DNA from: an uncultured Acidobacteriota bacterium
Lineage (GTDB): Bacteria; Acidobacteriota; Thermoanaerobaculia; Multivoradales; JAHEKO01
Direction: 5' to 3'
Assembly (NCBI GenBank): GCA_963713825.1
Contig: CAVQNG010000025.1
Coordinates: 832,001 to 896,000 of the forward strand
Length of the DNA: 64,000 bases
The notes beneath the pieces are model-generated. The model was not told the DNA's origin and ran no database searches. It was given only the letters and a program-made list of their open reading frames with translations. Positions within the stretch are counted from its first letter, which is position 1, and every line of letters starts with the position of its first letter. Below are positions 9,570-19,700 of the stretch, piece after piece. A program made the translations under genes and the position numbers.

Positions 9570-10632
9570 TTCCGCGCTGCCTGCTCATCGTCGCTCCACA
9601 GTAGACGAGGGATGGCAGGCCTAGCGTCAAAACCAGCAGATAGTGGATTCCCCGGTAGAGGAGCACTCCGGCCGTGGCTTCGACGCCATCGAGTCCGAAG
9701 GAGACGTAGAGGCCGACCATGGCGGCTTCCGTTGTGGCAACGCCGCCGGGAGTACCGGTGACCAGTCCTGCCGCCAGGCCGAGGGCAATCGCTGCGCCGA
9801 CGGCCATCGGCCGCACCGGCGTTCCCAGGCTGTCGAAGATCAGCCACTGTGCTGCTACATTCAACGAGAAGATCAGGATTCCGGTTGCCGCCATGCGAGC
9901 CTGCAGGGCAACATCGGAGAAGCTCTGGAGAAGGCTGCGGAAGAGCTCTTGTCCGCCGGCAAACAGGGGGCCGAGCCTTTTGCCCCTCCTTTCCGCCTTG
10001 AGTCCAATCAGCGTCGCGATCGGTCGGGCGTTGTCAGCCCGGGCCTGCTGCCGCCAGAATGCCAGCGCCCCCACGATCAGGACCAGGCTCAGACCGAGCC
10101 CGATCGCCAAATCGGTGAATCCGGACCAAGCTGCGACCGCGATCAAGGCAAGCCAGGTAGCTGCACCGAGCACGATCTGGTGCGAGACCTGATCGACCAG
10201 GACGGTGGCGTAGATCTTCGAGAAGGGTTGGTCGAGCTGCCGGCTGACACAGCGAGCACGGAGTATGCCGCCAAAGAGGCGCGCCGTGGGCGTTAGATGA
10301 TTCACCAACACCGCGGCGAGCTGTGCAGCCTGGCCGAGGAGCCAGGGCGGACGAAAGCCAGCTGCCCCGAGGACCAGGGCCCAGCGAAGGTAGAGCAGAA
10401 GAAATCTCCCTGTCAGGGCTGCTGCGGCTGCGATCATCCCGGCATGGCTAACGCCTTTCATCTGCAGCTTCAGCTGACTCCAGCCGACCTGCTCGAGAAG
10501 GCGCCAGGCAAGGACGAGGACCGCAACCAGCACTATCAGTTGCGCCGCCCTGATCAGCCAGCGACTCACCGGCATCCGGCCTCGAATCAGGGCTGCCGGC
10601 TGGCTGGAGGTCTCCGAGGTCGAGTCAACCAT
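9490..10632 (-). CDS. Lysylphosphatidylglycerol-synthase TM / UPF0104 flippase-like membrane protein
   Basis: Multi-TM protein with RW, N-x-LTP-x-x-x-GG, TPGGVATTEAAM and LLYRGI motifs. Its 3' end overlaps the convergent amidohydrolase by 80 nt. Confidence 0.8.
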   Translation of the reverse strand: MVDSTSETSSQPAALIRGRMPVSRWLIRAAQLIVLVAVLVLAWRLLEQVGWSQLKLQMKGVSHAGMIAAAAALTGRFLLLYLRWALVLGAAGFRPPWLLGQAAQLAAVLVNHLTPTARLFGGILRARCVSRQLDQPFSKIYATVLVDQVSHQIVLGAATWLALIAVAAWSGFTDLAIGLGLSLVLIVGALAFWRQQARADNARPIATLIGLKAERRGKRLGPLFAGGQELFRSLLQSFSDVALQARMAATGILIFSLNVAAQWLIFDSLGTPVRPMAVGAAIALGLAAGLVTGTPGGVATTEAAMVGLYVSFGLDGVEATAGVLLYRGIHYLLVLTLGLPSLVYCGATMSRQRGTRNALSEGALPDSATLPVESPPDPDQ

Positions 10633-10682
10633 CGTCAGGTCACCCTATCGCGGTCGTCTAAATCTGGTAGATTGCCGCGGTT

Positions 10683-12044
10683 ATGAGGTGCCGAAAGATC
10701 TTTTCGCGGGTGCTACCCACCCTCGCGTTCCTGAGCCTTCTCCTGCCTGGGCCCTCCTTGGGTGCTGCCGAGCTGCGGCCCAACATTCTGGTGATATCGG
10801 TAGACACCTTGCGGGCCGATCGCATGGGGAGCTACGGTTACTCGCGCCGAACATCCCCTCATATCGACGGTCTTCTGGCCAAGGGAGTCCGGTTCGCAGA
10901 GGCCCGCACCGTGGAGCCGTTGACCGCTCCGGCCCTGGCCTCGATGCTGACCTCACTGACGCCGCACGAGCATGGCTCGACCCGCAACGGTCTTCGTGTT
11001 CGACCGGAACTGCCATCGCTGCCAAAGGTCCTCAGGCGCCACGGCTACCAGACCGGCGCTTTCGTGGGCAGTTGGACCTTGCGAGAAAAGCTCTGGGCGA
11101 TGTCAGGCCACTTCGATCACTTCGAAGAAGTGCTGACAAAGGCTCGATGGCTCGGCATGGTCAAGCGCGAAGCGACGGCTGAAGACCTCAATGAAGTGGC
11201 GCTCGAATGGCTTTCTGGGCAGGTCGAGGGTGGCTCATCGCGTCCGGTCTTCCTTTGGGTCCACTACGTCGAGCCGCATGCACCGTACGTGTTGCAACGG
11301 GACTTCATGGATCAGATCGGTAGCGCGCCGGACCACAACAACTATTCGGACAGCAACAAGTACGACTCGGAGATCGCCTATGTCGACTTCCAGATCGCGA
11401 AGCTCCTCGAAGCGGTCGAGGCGCTGGTGCCGAATGGCAACACCATGGTCCTGTTCGTGTCGGACCATGGCGAGAGTCTGGGTGAGCATGGCTATTGGGG
11501 CCACGGCAGGCATCTCTACGAACCGACGCTGCACATTCCCATGGGCATCACGTGGCCCGGACACGTCGAGCCGAGAGTCGTCGCGGCGCCGGCACTCATC
11601 ATCGACCTGGCACCGACGGTCGTCGGTCTTCTCGGGATCGAAGTGCCCGATTTCTTCCAGGGAATGGACTGGTCCAAGGTCTTCGCAGGCGCGGCGGAAG
11701 AGCCGACTGACCGCGTGACCTTTTATCAGGCCCACCGTGGTTCAGTGGGGGCGAAGGAAGATCAGACCAAGGTCCGCGAGAAGGGCTTGCTGGAAGTGGC
11801 GCAGTTGGAGAATGGCAAGAAGGAGATCCTTCGGGTCACCAACGGCCGTCGGCGAGTTTTCGATCTTGCGAGCGATCCGGGAGAGCTGGAAAGCCTCGTA
11901 CTGGAGCAGTCGGAGATTTCCGAAGGTCTACAGCGTTGGTTGGAGCGAGTCAAGGCCGGGCTTGTTCTGGCAGACGAGCTGCCGCCACCATCCATCAGCG
12001 ATGAAGACATGGATGCGCTCCGTGCCCTTGGGTACCTGGAGTAG
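10683..12044 (+). CDS. Sulfatase-like / alkaline-phosphatase-superfamily protein, secreted
   Basis: Signal peptide, RPNILVISVDTLRADR, WVHYVEPHAPY, YDSEIAYVD, SDHGESLGEHG..GHG and C-terminal LRALGY. Confidence 0.85.
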   Translation: MRCRKIFSRVLPTLAFLSLLLPGPSLGAAELRPNILVISVDTLRADRMGSYGYSRRTSPHIDGLLAKGVRFAEARTVEPLTAPALASMLTSLTPHEHGSTRNGLRVRPELPSLPKVLRRHGYQTGAFVGSWTLREKLWAMSGHFDHFEEVLTKARWLGMVKREATAEDLNEVALEWLSGQVEGGSSRPVFLWVHYVEPHAPYVLQRDFMDQIGSAPDHNNYSDSNKYDSEIAYVDFQIAKLLEAVEALVPNGNTMVLFVSDHGESLGEHGYWGHGRHLYEPTLHIPMGITWPGHVEPRVVAAPALIIDLAPTVVGLLGIEVPDFFQGMDWSKVFAGAAEEPTDRVTFYQAHRGSVGAKEDQTKVREKGLLEVAQLENGKKEILRVTNGRRRVFDLASDPGELESLVLEQSEISEGLQRWLERVKAGLVLADELPPPSISDEDMDALRALGYLE

Positions 12045-12049
12045 GGGGA

Positions 12050-13144
12050 CTATCGGCCTCGCCAGATTTTCCAGCGGTCGATCACCCGATCCCCGCGAAC
12101 CACCACATACTCGTCGAAACAGGCCACCGCCAAGCAGGAGTGCACCGGTGCGATTCGAACCCGCGCTCCGACAGCAAGAGAGCTGTCTACAATGCCGTGC
12201 TCCTGGGAGAGAGAGCTAACGCGGGTAGGTTTCGGCTGCGGGGTAGGCGGCAGGACTTCGAGAATCTTCCCAAAGTTGGCGTCGCCACCGGTTGTGGAGA
12301 GTGCGTCCTTCGATAGAGCGAGTGCTCCCGCGTCGATGACGCTATGGCTGGCCTCCGGTTGACAGGAGACCACGCTTGCGAGGACGGTCACCGCGCAATC
12401 GTCGATACTGCAAGAGCCTAGCTCTGCCTGCATCTGATCGTAGAAGACGTAGTTGCCGGGCCGCATTTCATCGACGCCCGTTAGGTCTGTCACCACCGAC
12501 ATCGTAGGTGTGGATCCCACCGAGACCGACGGGACTTCGATCCCCGATCCTCGAAGTCTCTCGGCAAGCCTGACAAGGGAGGAGCGCTCTTGCTCAGCCA
12601 CCGCCGACAGCTCGGCTCGGGTGCGGGTCTTGTATGCATGGCCGGCGTGGGTCAGAAGTCCATTGAAGCGGAGAGTCGAGGATGCGTCGAGCCTCTGGGC
12701 CAGCTCGTGGGCGAGGGGACCGTCAGGGTCGACTCCGGCCCTGTGGTAGCCGCAATCGACCTTCATCCAGACTCGAAGAGCATGGCCCGATGCCTCGAGA
12801 GCTTCCAAGGTTGCGATCGAGTCTGCAACGAGCCCCAGATCGATTTCGTGGGCAATGTGTATCGCCTCGTCGAGCCGGTTGAGGATGACAGGAAATGCCC
12901 AGGTCAAATCGTCGAAACCATGCTCGGCGAAGACTCTGGCCTCTTCGAGAGTGGAGACCGTCAGGCCGGAGCACCCCAGATCCCTCTGCAGTCGTGCAAT
13001 CTCCAGGCACTTGTGAGTCTTGATGTGTGGACGAAGCCCGACGCCGAGCGCGGCCGCCCGTTCACTCATTCGGCGGAGGTTTCCTTCCACACGGTCCAGG
13101 TCCAGGATCAGTGCAGGGGTGGGAATCTCTTCGAGGGTCTTCAC
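12050..13144 (-). CDS. D-threonine aldolase / D-serine dehydratase (DSD1)-family PLP enzyme
   Basis: Motifs TPALILD, RPHIKTHKC (PLP lysine), RAGV, HAGHAY, GSTPT, EMRPGNYVFYD, DAGALALSKD, LSQEHG. GTG 13144 overlaps the addA stop (GTGA). Confidence 0.87.
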   Translation of the reverse strand: MKTLEEIPTPALILDLDRVEGNLRRMSERAAALGVGLRPHIKTHKCLEIARLQRDLGCSGLTVSTLEEARVFAEHGFDDLTWAFPVILNRLDEAIHIAHEIDLGLVADSIATLEALEASGHALRVWMKVDCGYHRAGVDPDGPLAHELAQRLDASSTLRFNGLLTHAGHAYKTRTRAELSAVAEQERSSLVRLAERLRGSGIEVPSVSVGSTPTMSVVTDLTGVDEMRPGNYVFYDQMQAELGSCSIDDCAVTVLASVVSCQPEASHSVIDAGALALSKDALSTTGGDANFGKILEVLPPTPQPKPTRVSSLSQEHGIVDSSLAVGARVRIAPVHSCLAVACFDEYVVVRGDRVIDRWKIWRGR

Positions 13145-16100
13145 GATCGGGTGTACCTCCTGTCGGCCCAAAGGAACCAGAGCTCGGTATCGGGTCGGCT
13201 CTCGAGGTTCATCGCTCGCTGCACCGCCGCAGCGTACAGGTCCTCTTGCGGGGCATAGGCCTCGGCCCGCGCCGCCAGGTCCTCAGCGGCCTCAATACGG
13301 TCGGTTTTGAAGTCGACGATGATCAGCGCTTTGCTCTCAGGACACCGATAGAGCAGATCGATAGCGCCAGAGTAGAAGCCGGTGGGGCCAGTGTCGTCGT
13401 CCGGTGGTGCCAGAAGCACGGGAATCTCACGTCCCAGCACTGCCTCTTGCAGATCGGTAAATCGTTGCAGCAGCTCGCCGCTGCCGATTCGCTCCAGAAG
13501 CTCGGTTGCCCTTTCAGTGGTAGCGGACAGCTCGCCTTGCGGTGCCGATGTGCTCAGATCTGCAAGTAAGGCCTTGCGTTGCCGCTGCCACTCGGCCTCT
13601 GGTGGCTCCTGTAGATTCCAGGTCTCGAACAGGCGATGGATCAACTCTCCTACCACGCGTGCCCCAGATCGTCGGCCAGCCTCGACCCGAGCCTCCCTGC
13701 CTTCGTCCAGTAGGCGTTCTAGCCGAGCTCCGGCGTCGGACGACATCGAGGACTGGAAGGGTCGGGCCATCCGATGGCCAGCTGCCACCGCCTGATCCGC
13801 CAGCGTCCGCGAGTCGCTCAGGGCCCTCTGTAGCGAGATCGACTGGGAGACCGGTTCGGCTCCTTTGATCTCATCGCCGCTCGAGGCGCCGAGGGCCGGG
13901 AACTTCCACCGTGCAAGTCCGGAGTCCTGAAAGGCGACGCCGTTCTCGAGGCAGTCAGCCGCGAGACGGCCGGGTCGGGTCGGGATGTCGGCTCGATGGG
14001 ACAAGAGATCCAGGTAGGTCTTGGCTCTTTCCGGCGCCGTCTCGGCGAGCTCTTTGGGCCAATTCCCAGCCACGACGAGTCGATCCTCAGCTCGGGTCAT
14101 GGCCACGTAGAGCGTGCGCACGAGCTCGGCGGATTCCACCCGTTGCCGGTGTTCGTCAACCTGGCGAAAGCCGAGCGTCGGACTTCGGAAGAGCACGTAC
14201 TCTGCCGGCTTGCCGGGAATCCATCGCGGGTCCAGGTCGATGGACTGGCGCCGTTTCGGCGGTGGGGAAGCGTGCGCCTGAGCCAGATAGACGTGACGAA
14301 ACTGTAGACCCTTCGCGCCGTGAATGGTCATGACCTGTACTGCATCCAGGACCGCGTCCTCGGGCAGCGCCTCCTTTTCATCCTCGGCTTCCGACACACC
14401 TCGCCTGAGGGACCTCAAGATCGCCTGGATGTCGCCTCCCCGCTCCTCGAGAGAGGTCTCCAGGCGACGGAAGAACCGCTCGAGGTTGGCGAGCCGATAG
14501 TGGCCAAGGTAGCGGGCTGTTTCGGTTACGTCGAACAGGAGTCGTCGGCGCAGTAGCTCCACGAACCGGTCGGGCGGGTCCTGGCGGAAGGATCGACGGA
14601 GGAGAGCCAGGTTGGCGACAGCCTCCTGGACGCTGACCTGCCAATCCTCGATGCTGTCGATCCCCGGTATCGATTCGTCGAGCCCCTTGGCCGCCTCGTC
14701 GATCAGGACCAGGGCCTGATCGAGCCCAGAATCCGAGGGCCCTGCAAGGTCGGTGAGTAGCGCCGGGAAGTCGGTCGCCCAGAGGCGGAGCAATGCAGCG
14801 TCGGGAAGGCCGGCGGTTGCCGAGCGCAGAAATGCCACCACGGCAACGTGATCGACCGGGTGAATGATGGCACGCACCAGAGACGAGGCCTCGATGATCT
14901 CGCGCCGGCGGTAGTATTGCCTGCTACTGCCAACGAGGAAGGGTAGGCCATGATCCCGAAACGCGTCGAGATAGGTCTCCAGGTGGGTCGTGGCGCGCAG
15001 CAGGAGTCCGAAGTCACTCCACGACGCATCAGCCTCGTCATGCAGGCGACGGATGTCACCGGCGATGGCTAGCGCTTCGCACTCGGCCACTGCGTCTGCT
15101 TTGGCGTCGGGCAGCGGAGCCGCGGAGTCATCGCACCTGGGCCAGGAGATCCAGTACTCGACCGCTGCGGGGTCGTTCGCCGTGCTGGAAGAGAAGTCGA
15201 TCGGATCCCGATGCGGGAGGAGCGGCTCGAAAGTGGGCTGCAGGCCTTCGCGGTGGACCATGATGGGATGAAACGCGCGCTCGACCTCCTCCAATACCGC
15301 CGCAGTCGACCGGAAGTTGACAGCCAGTTGGCAGACCTCGGCCCCCTCCCCCTTGGCTCGCTCGACGAACGCATCGAAGGAGGCCAGGTCGGCGTTGCGC
15401 CACCCATAGATGGACTGCTTGGGATCCCCGACGACGAATAGGCCGGGTCGCTTCCCGACGTCCCCTTCCAGAGCCAGGCTTTGAACGATCTCACTCTGCA
15501 GCCGGTCGGTGTCCTGAAACTCGTCGACCAGGAGCTGGCGGAGCCGACCGCGCTCTCGCGCCAGCGCCAGTGAGCCCGGCTTCAAGAGGCGATGCGCTCC
15601 GGCGAGAAGGGACTGGAAGGTGGCTATACCCCTGGCTCGAAGCTCGACCTCCAACTGGGCCATCAGTGGTTGGAGACTGCGGCGCGCCAGATCGAAAAGC
15701 AGTGGGTCGATCTGCAGGAGATGCTTTAGCGTCGTATGGAGCTCGAGAGCCGCTCGGGCGAGGGGCTCTTCGAGGGGCCCGAGGGCCGCACTCTCCGACT
15801 GGTTGAAGCGTCCTGAGCTCCATTCCTGGAGCCGCTTGAGGAGGTTGTCGGTCCACTCGTCAGCGAGAGCGGCCAGAAGGCTCGCCAGAGTGGCTGCATC
15901 GGCATCCTCCGCGGCCGTGGCTGCGTCTCGGCTGTGATCCACGGCAGCGGCGACGGCCAGAGCCAACTTGGAGCGTTTCTGGGATCGAATGGCGGCCCCA
16001 CTAATGTCCTGGAATCGGGCGCAGGTAGTGATCAGGTCCTCGCGAACCCGACGCACCGCCGAGCGATCGAACGGGTCGCGCTCGAGCGCCTGAGCCGTCA

Positions 16101-16794
16101 AGCCCCGGCTGGCCAGCTCGTAGAGGGCGTCGGCCACTTCCTGTGGTCCTTGCCCCAGGGTTGCCAGTCGGGACAGGGGTTCGTCTGGTGAGGTTGAAAA
16201 GGAGCTCTTGGCGGCTGATTCCACGAGCCGATGACAGGTCTCCCTCAGCAGGCGCCCTTCTGCATCGACCTGGAGGTCTGTGGCCAGTCGGGCTTCCAGC
16301 GAGTAGGTCGTGAGCAGGGTTCTGCAGTAGGAGTGGATCGTCCGGATCGTCAGATGGTCCAGCCCACCGATCAGCGCCCGGGCTCGACGCTCGAGGAGGT
16401 CGGTGGAGGGCTCGAATGGAAGCCAGTCCGGACGGAACCAGACCAGCTCGGCAAGATCACCGCCGGCGATCTGCGCCAGGGTTGCGGCGACCCGGTTGGC
16501 CATTTCGGCGGCGGCGGCCTCGGTGAAGGTGATGGCGACCACCCCCTCCAGAACTCGGCGAGCTACGGTCGCCTCGCTGGCCTCGCCTCGCTTGGCAGCT
16601 TCGGGTTCGAGCTCCTCGAGGGTTTGGAGTGCCCCTTCCCAGCCCGGACTGAGGCACCAGGAGAGAATCCGCGAGACGAGGATCGTGGTCTTGCCGGTAC
16701 CGGCGCCTGCCATCACCACCAGGGGGCGATCGAATACCGAATGAGCCGCTCGGCGAGCTCTCTCGTCGCGAACCTGCAAATCACTCGACATCAT
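13141..16794 (-). CDS. addA: UvrD/AddA-type helicase with C-terminal PD-(D/E)XK nuclease
   Basis: Helicase motifs AGAGTGKT, ITFTEAAAAEM, TIHSYC, VDEFQDTD, VGDPKQSIYGWR, NFRS, MTIHGAKGLQF, LYVAMTRA. Nuclease motif GAIDLL...IVDFKTD. Confidence 0.88.
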   Translation of the reverse strand: MMSSDLQVRDERARRAAHSVFDRPLVVMAGAGTGKTTILVSRILSWCLSPGWEGALQTLEELEPEAAKRGEASEATVARRVLEGVVAITFTEAAAAEMANRVAATLAQIAGGDLAELVWFRPDWLPFEPSTDLLERRARALIGGLDHLTIRTIHSYCRTLLTTYSLEARLATDLQVDAEGRLLRETCHRLVESAAKSSFSTSPDEPLSRLATLGQGPQEVADALYELASRGLTAQALERDPFDRSAVRRVREDLITTCARFQDISGAAIRSQKRSKLALAVAAAVDHSRDAATAAEDADAATLASLLAALADEWTDNLLKRLQEWSSGRFNQSESAALGPLEEPLARAALELHTTLKHLLQIDPLLFDLARRSLQPLMAQLEVELRARGIATFQSLLAGAHRLLKPGSLALARERGRLRQLLVDEFQDTDRLQSEIVQSLALEGDVGKRPGLFVVGDPKQSIYGWRNADLASFDAFVERAKGEGAEVCQLAVNFRSTAAVLEEVERAFHPIMVHREGLQPTFEPLLPHRDPIDFSSSTANDPAAVEYWISWPRCDDSAAPLPDAKADAVAECEALAIAGDIRRLHDEADASWSDFGLLLRATTHLETYLDAFRDHGLPFLVGSSRQYYRRREIIEASSLVRAIIHPVDHVAVVAFLRSATAGLPDAALLRLWATDFPALLTDLAGPSDSGLDQALVLIDEAAKGLDESIPGIDSIEDWQVSVQEAVANLALLRRSFRQDPPDRFVELLRRRLLFDVTETARYLGHYRLANLERFFRRLETSLEERGGDIQAILRSLRRGVSEAEDEKEALPEDAVLDAVQVMTIHGAKGLQFRHVYLAQAHASPPPKRRQSIDLDPRWIPGKPAEYVLFRSPTLGFRQVDEHRQRVESAELVRTLYVAMTRAEDRLVVAGNWPKELAETAPERAKTYLDLLSHRADIPTRPGRLAADCLENGVAFQDSGLARWKFPALGASSGDEIKGAEPVSQSISLQRALSDSRTLADQAVAAGHRMARPFQSSMSSDAGARLERLLDEGREARVEAGRRSGARVVGELIHRLFETWNLQEPPEAEWQRQRKALLADLSTSAPQGELSATTERATELLERIGSGELLQRFTDLQEAVLGREIPVLLAPPDDDTGPTGFYSGAIDLLYRCPESKALIIVDFKTDRIEAAEDLAARAEAYAPQEDLYAAAVQRAMNLESRPDTELWFLWADRRYTRS

Positions 16795-19700
16795 CAGGAG
16801 TTTCCATCTCCTGCACGATCGGCCTCGTCGAGCTCGGCAAGTCGCTTCGAGTCCAGAACCCAGATTCCGATTCCACTGCGCTCGGCGCTGGCGGGCTCGT
16901 CGGGTCCGACGACGTAGGTCTCCAGGTGCTCCGCCATCCAGGTTCGCAGACGACCTCGCGCTCCTGAATCGTGCCGCAAGCAGGCTTCCGCCACCTCGCA
17001 GAAGTCACAACGCCGCGGCGCCTTGTCCCTGTCCGCTTCGATGAGGCGAGGCAGGAAGGAGCCCTGTCTCCAAGCATCGATCAGAGTCGAAGTGGCCCTG
17101 TGGAAGGCACGTTGCGCTTCCTCGTTGCCATTGTCGATGCCAATGTCACGAGCCGCTTCCGGGCCTTCGATGTCGGGCTTGAGAAAGAGATATCTGCCAC
17201 GCGATCGCGGTGTTCCTGCGGCCTGAGCATAGGCAATGGCCTGGAGCGACTTACCAGCCCGAATCCTCTTGATCAGGTTCTTTTGGCGCGTGGCGCCGGT
17301 TGCAGCGGTGCTGATGTCGTTCCTGCCGGTCTTGTAGTCGACCAGATTCTCATGGCCGCCATCGATATCCACCCGGTCTGCCCGGAAGTGGAGGTCTTGC
17401 TCTTCGCCGTCTTCGAGGCGCAACGTCAGCCGACCTTCGATCTCCACCGCCACGGTGGGCACTCCGACTCCGGAGGCCCACTCGAGGTGGCAGGCCTGGT
17501 CGAGGTATGGCCTGGCGACTCGTGCGAGCATCTTGGAGAAGCCCCGCATTCCGATGCCGTGCCGGCGGGCCACGAGTTCTGCCTGGCGGTCCAGGAGGTC
17601 GTCGAGTTCCCGGTCGGCGGGCCACTTCACGGTGTGCGGAGCCATGGAGCGAGCTGTCTCGAGGTCGGTGGCTGGAGTTGGTAGCTGAGACCTGACGATG
17701 CGCTCGAGGCAACGGTGGACCAGGTCGCCCACCAGCACGGGGCTGATTCCGGGCAGGATCTCCAGAGGATCGGGGAGGGCCTCGAGCCGCAGCAGTCGCT
17801 CGAGAAACGTCTGCCAGGGGCAGGCTGCAAGGGCCTCGAGGGCAGTGACGTAGAGACGACGCCCGGCCCGCAGGTCCTGGTCGTCGAGAATGGGTCCGAC
17901 GAAGCCGAAGAAGGGACCCAGCCTCCCGAACGTGAGCTCTCCTTCGCCTCCACCCCGGACGGGGTCCAGTTCGCCGAGAACTCGGAGTCGAGCTCTTGCG
18001 AGCCTGTCAGGGCTGGAAATTGCAGGCAGAAGCTCGGCCTGGTCGATGTACTTCCAGTCCACTGGAGTTCTGGTGCTCTCGGCCATCGCTGCGGAGAGGA
18101 AGCCTTCGAGATCCTCTCGAGGTCGCCAAATGGCGGCGTTGACAGCATGTTCGTAGGCCGGTCGGGAGATTCTCGATCCGTTGAATTCGGCTTTCGGCGT
18201 CAGAGTGAACAGGGGCTGGACGGTTGGCGGGTCACGCCATTCTTGGAGATTCTGTGCCGCCTCCGACCAGCGCATTCTCTCGACGAGTGGCGACACGCTG
18301 AGCGGGCTGCCATCGTCGTCGACGCCCTGCCAGGAGAGAGTCACGGCAGGACTGGAGGCGAGGAGCTGCGCGAAGAGGAAGCGCTCCTCTGAGAATCCCG
18401 CGAGCTTTCGGGCGAGGTCAGGCAGGACTCCGTAGCCCTCCCGACTCATCACCTGGCGCAGCGAGTCCGGAAGCAGCGGGTCTTCTCGCACCACCCGTGG
18501 AAAGACTCCCCGATTCAGTCCGGCGACGAAGAGATGCTCGAACGTGCGTCCACGAGCTTCGGTCACATCGAGAACTTGGACGCCGCCGCCGTCGCCGCCG
18601 AGAGAATCGCGGCCGAGCTCTGACCACCCCGAGTCCAGCCACGTCACCAGCTCATCGAAAGTCAGGGGCAGGGTAGCGCGGGTCTGCTCCAGGAGTCGGT
18701 CGGCCGTTCGGTTGAGCACCAGAGCCTCCTCTCCATCAGCCGGCCACTGCAGGTCGTCGAGGAGGAATCCTCTCAGCTCATTGGCGTGTTGCTCGAGTGT
18801 CTTCACCTTGTACCAGCGATCGAGGCGCTGGCAGATTCGGCGCGCTTCGTGCCTTGCTCGTACAACCTCGAGGCCCGGGATCGTGCGGCGCTCCAAGTTG
18901 CGATTCGGGATTCCTTCAGCGTCCTCGTGCTCGGAGAACGTGCCGTGAACGGGCAAGGGGAGGCTGTTGTCCGCCGTGTCCCTGGCAAGCTCGAGATCGG
19001 CCGTTTCCTCGAGCCTCGCGGCGCCGAAGCCATAGAGGGCTAGCTTCAAATCGAAGCTGTCTTTTTCACTCCATGCCAAACTAGCGTCGAGCCAGCGCTC
19101 GACCGGCGCCGAGCTGCCCTGTTTCAGGACGTCCAGGACGGCCCCAACTCGCCTCCCGAACTCGGTTCGCGGTCCGCCAGCACCAATGGCCGAGAACGGA
19201 ATTCCCATGCGCCAGAATTGGGTGCGAAGGATCGAAACATAGGGGTCGAGCTGTCGCGCCACGACACCGATGCTCTCTGGTCTGGCCCCGCCGTCGAGCA
19301 GGAGGCGAATCTGATCCGCTATGTGACGGATCTCGGCTTGACCACCCAGAGATCGAAAGAGTTGTATCGAACCCCGTGGATGACTGGTTGGTTCGATATC
19401 CGCATCTCCAGTAACCAGGAAGAGGCGCTCCTCGAATCGACGGCCGAAAGCGATCCCCTCATCGGTTTCCTCGGGCCACGCCGGGTCGGGAGGTCGGTCG
19501 AGATACAAAATGCCCGGCTTCGCTTCGAGTAGTGCCTGAATCAGGTCGGTCGCAACACCCGTCGCGTCGGCGAATCCGTAAACCAGGACCTTTCTGGCTG
19601 CAACGGCCTCCGGGTGGGCTCGAATCCACTCTGCGGCGTGCCGCATGAGAGAGGAGGGCCTCGTGTCGCCCTCTTCGAAAAGGTTCTCAGCACACCGGCT

